Assembly: GCF_006345805.1 (NCBI RefSeq)
Contig: NW_021834916.1
Location: 1 to 44,391, forward strand
DNA: 44,391 nucleotides
Source: Octopus sinensis
Lineage: Eukaryota
Direction: 5' to 3'
Shown here: positions 36,501-44,391 of the stretch, piece by piece
Layout: each line of letters opens with the position of its first letter
Position numbering within the stretch: the first letter of the stretch is position 1
Program-made: the position numbers and the translations under genes
The notes under the pieces: generated by a model
The model's database searches: none
What the model saw: only the letters and a program-made list of their open reading frames with translations
Told to the model about the DNA's origin: nothing

Positions 36501-36596
36501 GAACAAAAATTAGATATTTGAATATGTCCGGGGTAATTCATTTAATTTGACTTTTTCACACTCTCTGTTAACCACTCCAGCATAGGTGACGAAATA
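33540..36596 (-). mobile_element. Ty3/Gypsy (Mag-like) LTR retrotransposon remnant: gag C-terminus, protease, RT, RNase H, integrase
   Basis: Order gag knuckle (CYGC..HFKSNC), protease LQMDMGSDI, RT FSKLDL..YLQI..HKGLYKYNRLPFG, RNase H VASDVSEY, integrase YWPTMDHDIE..PWSRLHVDYAG..VVDSFSKW. Many stops and frameshifts; no LTR pair found. Confidence 0.9.
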
Positions 36597-38275
36597 GTTC
36601 AGAATTACAGAGAAGACAGAATAAGCTATTGTCATAAGCTATTGAGATTGAGAGAATCAACCATTCTAAATTAAACTGTTCATTGTGGTCTTTTAGATCC
36701 CAAATTAATTTACTGAGCCCTGTACTGTTACGTTTATTCCTATCCCTAAGTGTTGAGTAATGGATAGAAATTCTTTTAGACAACTGTAACAACGTGTTTC
36801 CAATGTAAAATCGTATTTTATTATGAGTAATGATTTTACACTGGTATATAGAATTTTTAATTTTAGAGTTACTTAACATAAATTTAATTCTGTTGGAATT
36901 GACTTCAGATACAATAACCTTGTTATTAATATTTCTAGAGGGATGGATGGATGGTATTAGCTAAATTAATATTAATATTAGTAAATGTATCAATATTTAA
37001 CAGGTTATTATTATGTGAAGAGATAATTTGCAAGAGATTTTTTGTGTTGGAAAAACCAATCCTAACTATGTGAGTTGATAATAGAATTCTTTGGAAAATT
37101 CCTAATAATAGCTTCAAGAAACTGCAATGGGAGATTAGATTTAATTTGCCTCCCGTGTGGAAAAATGAGCCAAACATTTTTACTACTATTTATTTTATTT
37201 TTAGTGTAATTATTTTTGAAATTTACCTTTAGAATGATAATAGAGGATTAAATAAGGGTTATCTCCCTTCCTCCATTTTGTATCGGTGCATAAATTAAAC
37301 TTACCATTAATTCCTTTACAACTAGATTTCATATCTACATTATTGAAGTTAGAATAAGACTGAATAGAATCAATGTAGAAAATTTTCTCTGTATAACCTG
37401 CTTTAAGTAAGGCAGAGTTATAAAATTCAGCGTTATCATTGAAAATGTCAACATTAGCTGATAACTTGGATAATCTAAATGAAATATTCTTAACTAAGTA
37501 ATTGCCCTAGAATGATTACTAAATTTGCTAATGTACTTAAGATTGGTCAATGGTTTATGTTATGGGAAATATCTAAAAAGTTGGCCTTCATCATATCATC
37601 ATAAAAAATTATGCTTTAGCCCATTCTACAGAAAAATTTAACTAAACTATTCGTAACTTTTTGTACCTTTTGGTTGAAAACATTTTGAAGATAAAGTAAA
37701 CAATCATCACGATATAGACCTCCATTAACGTTAGGGAGCTGTTCTGCCATTTCAAAAAGTATGTATATACAGACTAAATCAGCTATTTGTGCTGAATCAG
37801 AACTTCCCATTGTAACATAAAAAGTATCTAGTGTGTCTTTACGGACCCACAACATATTGTCAAATTTTATAATAGATTTTCTGGCTGCCAACACAACATT
37901 ACTTTCTTCCCTGGTGAGACCAGCTTTGTTATGAGCAAGCCAAAGTGCCTTATTAAATACTATTGGGTTGATGGATGAATAAAAATTGGAAATGTCAAAC
38001 TGGATAAACTTAGTACTCCTCTTATTAGTAATAGAACTAAACCAGTCAACTACTTGAAATGAATTAGACCGTAAACTAAGTTTTAATTTTTCAATTAAAT
38101 TAGGAACATATTTATCTAGTATATTTTTACTAAGGACACCAATGTCAGAGCTTGAAGGGCAGATAAGCCTTAATGATGGGTTATTAATGAAATTTTGTTT
38201 GTGATCTTTCAAAATGAACCAAGGTTGCTTAGGATCAAATGTTTCTGTCTTCATTTGTAGGTTATGCTTCTCCAT

Positions 38276-38603
38276 GTGAGGGCATGTGGCTTAGTGGTTA
38301 GGGCATTCGGCTCATGATCGTAAGGTTGAGTTCGATTCCCGGCGACGCATTGTGTCCTTGAGCAAGACACTTTATTTCACGTTGCTCCAGTCCACTCAGC
38401 TGGCAAAAATGAGTTGTACTTGTATCTCAAAGGGTCAGCCTTGTCACTCTCTGTGTCACGCTGATTATCCCCGAGAACTACGTTAAGGGTACACGTGTCT
38501 GTGGAATGCTCAGCCATTTGCACGTTAATGTCACGAGCAAGCTGTTCCGTTGATCGTATCAGCTGGGACCCTCGTCGTCGTAACCGGCGGAGTCTTTTTT
38601 AAA
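38276..38603 (+). mobile_element. tRNA-derived SINE inserted in the Penelope ORF
   Basis: A box TGGCTTAGTGG, B box GAGTTCGATTCC; 12-bp TSD ATGCTTCTCCAT at 38264-38275 and 38604-38615. Confidence 0.92.
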
Positions 38604-39367
38604 ATGCTTCTCCATAATTTTCATAGCCTCAATGTTGGCTTTCTTGAGTACTCTTTTATCGGCAATTTTATAGTTTTCTGAATTTCTTTTTTTAGTAATT
38701 CCAAATAATAGTCCTTATTAAGTTTGTACAGATTTCCAGTTTTATTGGATTTAACCAACATAGTATCCATAGAATTAATTTCCTTGGTGATATTGTGAAG
38801 ATACCTCAGATGTTTATTTCTTAGCGGTGATCGTTGAGATTTTACATTTCTCACAATGGACCAAAGATCATCTTCAAATTGCTTCAATCTTGGGTTAGGT
38901 GGAGGACTATTTTTAGATTTGAATAACTTGTTAAATTCAGAGGTTATATCATTAGTGTGTTGTTGAGTGTCATCATTGTCAAAGAAAAAGGCAAGCCATC
39001 TTATACGGTTGATGAATGAATTTATCTTATTGACAAGTTGTTTAAGGAAAGCATTCTTTGGTGGAATAGGAATATCCTTTAGAGATGCGTTAATATGAAA
39101 TAACTCCATATGCTGTTACTATTTTGTTAGCAGGTTATAAATAAACTTGATTGAAGTATATATAAATAGATGAGTGTATTTTTCCCTTGTTAACAATTAA
39201 CATGGAAAAAATAGATAAATAGTTACCAGGGTAGCAAAAAATCACACAGATAAAGAGGTTGTAACTCCTTGTTTTTAAAGGTAGAAACTTTGGGTTTAGA
39301 TGGAATTTTTTGTATAATATATAGATAAATAAATGGAGTTTAACGCAGGTATAATTCAAATACTTTT

Positions 39368-39453
39368 ACTTCCGACACGTTTTGAAGATATCACTGATAT
39401 TATTCCAAAGGAATAAATGGTGTAAAACAATGTAATCTTCTCTTCAGGGAAGT
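39368..39453 (-). ncRNA. Type I hammerhead in the Penelope pseudo-LTR, G12A-mutated
   Basis: Minus strand ACTTCC-CTGAAGA-GAAGAT...ATCTTC-AAAAC GT GTC-GGAAGT. Stems I and II are perfect 6 bp; triplet GUC; GAAA reads AAAA. Confidence 0.8.
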
Positions 39454-39810
39454 GAAGAAATGAAACTCGTCAATAAGACATTTTAACAGAAAATGATGGA
39501 TATGTATAGTGATTTACTGAATGCTACAATATTGTTTGAAAAAACGTTATATGATATACTGTCAGAAGTAGTCTATGGAAAGAGGAGGGATATTTCTTTA
39601 GTGAATGTTAAATATAAAAAGAAAATTAATGTTTAAATTATATATAATGAAAGAGGTTACTTATATGAACTAAATGCGTATTTTTGCCAATGTTTACATC
39701 GGTATGCACGCTCTATAACTGTGTTTACTAGGGGATTTTTATAAAAAATAATGAAAAATAGTTCAGAATTACATAAGTTATCGAGATTGAGATTAATAGA
39801 ATATATATAT

Positions 39811-41427
39811 CATCATCATCATCATCGTTTAACGTCTGTTTTCCATGCTGGCATGGGTTGGATGGTTCGACCGGGATCTGGGAAGCCAGAAGGCTGCACC
39901 AGGCTCCAGTCTGATCTGGCAGTCTTTCTACAGCTGGATGCCCTTCCTAACGTCAACCACTCCGTGAGTGTAGTGGGTGCTTTTTACGTGCCACCGGTAT
40001 GGAAGCCAGTCAAGGCGACACTGGCATCGGCCATGTTTGGATGGTGCTTTTTACGTGCCACCGGCATAGGATCACAACTACAATTTCCATTGATTTTTTA
40101 TGTTGATGTACTTGACTCAATAGGTCTCCTCAAGCACAGGGTCGAAACAGTGTTTCCTTACTTGACACCTGCACAGGAGTCAGTCCAGCAGCACTGGCAA
40201 CTGCCAGGTGCCAGTCATAGAATTGGTTCAACTTCGATTCCAATTTCACTTGCCCCAACAAGTCTTCACAAGGAGGGAGGTTGGCATGGGTACCAGTCGT
40301 CGGATGAGTTTTGATTTCGAATTCAATTTCGACTTCACTTGCCTCAACAGGTCTTCGCGTGTCCAAGGAAGTAAAGACATGCATAAGTCGGCTGGCTACA
40401 TCCCTGACAAAGGACACGGGATGGACTCACTTGTTTTGCCTGGTTTTCTCACGCACAGCATATTTCCAAAGGGATCGGTCACTAGTCATTGCCTTGGTAA
40501 GGCCTAATGTTCAAAGGTTGTGCTTCACCACCTCGTCCCAGGTTTTCCACGGGTTCCCTCAACCGCTAGGGATTGGCACTTTTTCACACACCTATCTTCA
40601 TCTATTCTTGTGACATGACCATACCAGCGCAATTGTCTGTCTTGCACACACCAGCTGAAGCTATTAGATCCAACTTTTCTCTCAAGGTACTTACACTCTG
40701 TCGAATATGCTGACATTACACATCCATCGAAGCATACTGGCTTCATTCCTCAGGAGCTTACGCATGTCCTCAGCAGTCACGGCCCATGTTTCACTGCATG
40801 TAGCATGGCTGTTTGTACACAAGCGTCATACAGTCTGCCTTTTACTCTGAGCGAGAGGCCTTTTGTCACCAGCAGAGGTAAGAGCTCTCTGAACTTTGCC
40901 CAGGCTATTCTTACTCTAGCAGTTACACTTTCAGCACACCGACCCCCGCTACTGACTTGGTCACCTAGGTAACAGAAGCTATCAACTACTTCTAGTTTTT
41001 TTCCCTGGAAAGTGACGGAAGTTGTTTTCTGCAGATTTTCAGTGTTTATTGCTCCTGAGCATCTGCCACATACAAAAACTATCTTCCCAGTTAGCCTTCC
41101 TTTGACATTGCTGCACCTCTTATGTGTCCATAGTTTACACTGGGTACATCTTATAGAGTTTCTACCTACGCCTTTTCTACAGATCGAGCAGAGCCATCTA
41201 CCTGAAGGCGTTTGTGGTTTGTCTACCTTCCTACATATTAGGACTTTTGTTTTAGCTAAGTTGACTTTAAGGCCCTTCGATTCTAATCCTTGCTTCCACA
41301 CCTGTAACTTCTCCTCTAGTTCTGATAGTGACTCAGCAATTAGAGCAAGGTCATCAGCATAGAGGAGCTCCCAGGGGCATCCAGTCTTGAATTCCTCTGT
41401 TATTGCCTGGAGAACTATGATAAATAA
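39811..41427 (-). mobile_element. RTE-clade LINE, 5'-truncated, with PHD-like insert
   Basis: CPWELLYADDLALI, GLKVNLAKTKVL, C4HC3 finger, DSFCYLG and QLRWYGHV motifs; 3' UTR and (TGA)n tail; same family as 22882-24620. Confidence 0.93.
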
Positions 41428-41449
41428 TCAACATGCAGTCTAGACCATG

Positions 41450-44310
41450 ATGTTGTCGAAAGGGCAGCTGCAGAGCAGCAATCTTTTTTGTGCATGGCAC
41501 AAAAGATTGTACAGCAGCTGACCTGGCTTCATCAAATCCAAGCTCGCAGGTGGGACTACCCACTATATACAAGACAACCACAGCAAACAGACCCAGGATG
41601 GACACCGCCGGCAACAACATATACCTCACCTCAATGCTCCTACTGAACATCAGAGGACTGCAAACACTCAGTAACAGGACAAAAATCCCGTTCTTGAGAG
41701 ACCTTGTTGCATGCAATCAAGCCTTATGCATAGCACTTACGGAAACGCACCTGAAACCGGACATAGCAGATGCGGAGTTACACATACCACAGTATGTTGT
41801 ACTACGGACCGACAGAAAAGAAAGGAATCATGGAGGAGTTGCTATGTACATCCGTGAGGACCTCACACCCCAGGTCCTCCTGTCATACTCAAACTCGGTG
41901 TGTGACACACTAATTGTACATATAAGGCAACTTGATGTAGTTGTGTGTGCTACATATCGCCCTCCAGAAGCCCCAAGCCATGTGGGCAAGTTTGAAGACT
42001 GCCTTATAAAAATAGAAGAAGTTCTAATCACATTAGAACAACACATAACTGTACTTCTTATAGGAGACTTCAATCTACCCAATATCAGATGGCCCAAGGG
42101 CCTTTCTCTCCCAGGAATGACAAGATGTGAACGAGGACAGGCGAGGTCCCTCCTGAACCTCATCAACACCCTGTACATGGAGCAAGTAATACTCCAACCA
42201 ACCAGGGCAGGTAACACACTGGATCTCTGCTTCACAAATGACATGGATCTCATCCATAATGTGAAAGTGACACCGACACTACTCTCGGATCACAACATGG
42301 TAGAGCTGACCATGTATGGGCCAAAAGAGAGCACGGACATGCAGCCTACAAGAAACCCTCAGAATCTTTCCAGCTTGAACTACCATAAGGCAAACTGGAA
42401 ACAAATTGAGAAAGAGATCCTCAAACAAGACTGGCCTAAATGTCTCTCCTCACCAGACATCGACGTGAAACTTCAACAATTCATGTCTGTAATGCAAGCC
42501 ATATGCTACAAATGTGTCCCAGAGAGAAAGGCCACTGTACACAAGAACAAAATCCCCAGAGAGAGGAAAATTTTAATGAAACGGCGTACGAAAATTTCAA
42601 ATCGCCTACACAAACAGGTTGAAAGCAGTGAAAAGTCCCGCCTAAAAATAAAACTGTTGGAAATTGAAAAATGTCTGCAACTCTCCCATGAAAAGGAAAG
42701 AGCAGACAAAGAAGCCTGGGCTATAGATAACATAAAATCTAACCCCAGAGCTTTCTACAGGTATGCCAAAGAAACAGCTACGGTGCACTGTAGAATAGGG
42801 CCACTCCTTGAAAAGGATGGCACACTCACAGGAAAACCAATGAGGGTAAGTGAAATACTGAATGAACAATTCAAGAGTGTTTTCACTCCACCCCTTGGGC
42901 ATTTCCAAATCAGCAATCCAACTGACTTCTTTACCACTGCATATATAAAATCAGAGGCGGCGACGATAAATTACATCGATATAAAGGAAGACGATGTAAT
43001 AAAGGCTATAGATGAAATGAAAACAGACTCAGCTATTGGCCCCGATGGATTCCCGGCAATCCTCCTAAAAGCATGTAAGAGAGTCCTAGCAAGACCACTG
43101 CAGTTCCTCTTTCAGAGCTTCCTAGCAGCTGGCAGACTTCCAAGAAAATTGATGGAAGGTAAAATATGCCCCATTCATAAAGGAGGTAGCAGAGCGGAGG
43201 CCAAGAACTACAGACCTATCTCTCTGACCTCACACATCAGCAAGGTCATGGAACGAATAGTCAGAAGGAAACTGATCACCTTCCTTGAATGGCTTCATGA
43301 CTTTCTGAAAGATAGAAGTCAGGAGGTAGTAGCACCATTAACACGCATATAGTGAGCGGTGTTCCGCAGGGCACTGTTCTGGGACCACTACTGTTCATAA
43401 TGGCCCTCTCAGACATGCCCTCAGCCACGATCACAAGTTATGCAGATGATACAAAAGTTTCACAGGCAATACAGAACCCTGAGGACACTAAACGCTTGCA
43501 ATGTGAGCTGGACAAAATATACAAGTGGGCCGAAAAGAATAGCATGCAGTTCAATGCTGAAAAGTTTCAAGCTTTATACTATCAGCATGCAAAACTAAAT
43601 GCAATACCCAATGAATACACTGGACCCGGAGGAATAGCAATCCCAGAGGCACAATCAGTGCGTGACCTGGGTATTTACATGAGTGATGACGCAACCTTTC
43701 GTGTACATGTTGCTAAATTGGCAATGAAATGTAGACGACTGGCCGGATGGATTCTTAGAACCTTTAGAACAAGAGAACAAGGAACCATGATGGTCCTCTG
43801 GAGGACACTTGTCCCAAGCCACTTTGACTATTGCTCTCAGTTTTGGTCACCATCCAGTGTCAAGTTGATCACAGAGCTCGAGGCGATCCAACGTAGCTAC
43901 ACGAAGAAGATAGCCTCTATGCAGAATGTAAGCTACTGGGAAAGACTCAAGAGATTAAAATTATATTCCCTGGAGCGTAGGCGGGAAAGATATGCCATAA
44001 TATACATCTGGAAGATCCTGGAGGGACGTGTCCTGAACTTTGACATCGAGAGTTACGCAAATGCCAGAACTGGACACCACTGCGTCTTTAAAATGAAACT
44101 GGTTCTCTTCCTGTCAGGTGTCCAAGATGAACCAACTTCACGGCAGGAGGTGCAGATGAGGGCAGCTGCATCGAAGTCTATCATGCACTAAATGGCAGTC
44201 GCTAAAAAGCTTTCGTGAAGTGAAACCAAGTAGCAACAACAAATGGCGGTGCCCCAGCATGGCCACAGCTCATAAGCTGAAACTAGAACCAATCAATCAA
44301 TCAATCAATC
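41450..44310 (+). mobile_element. CR1-group LINE ORF2 (APE plus RT) with internal deletions and an (ATCA)n tail
   Basis: NIRGL, ALTETHL, GGVAMYI, YRPP, GDFNLP, PTR..NTLDL, SDH; GPDG, NYRPISLTS, SGVPQGTVLGPLLF, YADDTK, RDLG, LYSLERRRER. The QHGF/KAFD region is missing at ~43288. Confidence 0.92.
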
Positions 44311-44315
44311 ATATA

Positions 44316-44372
<57 letters not shown>

Positions 44373-44391
44373 GTATATATATATAGATATA
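44311..44391. repeat. (TA)n microsatellite
   Basis: Direct reading. Similar tracts lie at 127-181, 3683-3860, 21717-21766 and 22818-22881. Confidence 0.95.

Larger units (their letters stand above)
36592..39800 (-). mobile_element. Penelope-like element: upstream pseudo-LTR plus disrupted RT and C-terminal GIY-YIG ORF
   Basis: ORF start 39109 (SLKDIPIP..INRIRWLAFFF); RT FIQFDISNFYSSI, MGSSDSAQIADL, GLYRDD; endonuclease SIYQC..FYIGNT..STGLSKLIW..CLLCNSE. The upstream copy 39657-39800 repeats the endonuclease end and completes it (CNSELF..RCKHWQKY..stop). Confidence 0.9.

Noticed and set aside
38280-38350. tRNA gene (also the head of 7627-7987)
   Set aside because: A and B boxes are present but there is no complete cloverleaf; the sequence continues into a SINE body with a TSD.
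34050-41449. The 26-nt direct repeat as a target-site duplication of a 7.4-kb insertion
   Set aside because: The integrase reading continues on both sides of the first copy, so nothing inserted there; templated filler fits better.

Overview
This is AT-rich, microsatellite-laden animal DNA. The repeat families resemble those of octopus and other coleoid cephalopods (inference from recalled repeats, not a search). One host gene is supported: three coding exons of a lipin (LPIN, phosphatidate phosphatase) middle domain on + (11893-12231, 22114-22183, 30357-30725). They have canonical, phase-compatible splice sites and 8-10 kb introns, so most or all of the rest of the window is probably intronic. 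The introns hold decayed mobile elements: two DD34D mariners with TIRs and TA target duplications, several RTE LINEs (one family carries a PHD-like finger inside the RT), R4/Dong fragments in (TAA)n, a CR1-like LINE, a Gypsy remnant, a 787-bp miniature LTR element, a Penelope-like element with its pseudo-LTR, and tRNA-derived SINEs. The signal the ORF track does not show is about 13 type I hammerhead-ribozyme motifs from at least six sequence families. One occurs in each unit of a ~540-bp tandem/inverted array (1091-3682), with a palindromic helix III that looks retrozyme- or pLTR-like. Two others have intact cores (6872-6955 on -, and 15353-15400 on +, sense to the lipin pre-mRNA). Also notable: a codon-constrained 16-aa duplication in lipin, a 44-bp hairpin next to a splice acceptor, and a 26-nt templated filler at a LINE-LINE junction. 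All structures were folded by eye and none is experimentally or computationally confirmed. Most short ORFs in the track are microsatellite translations.
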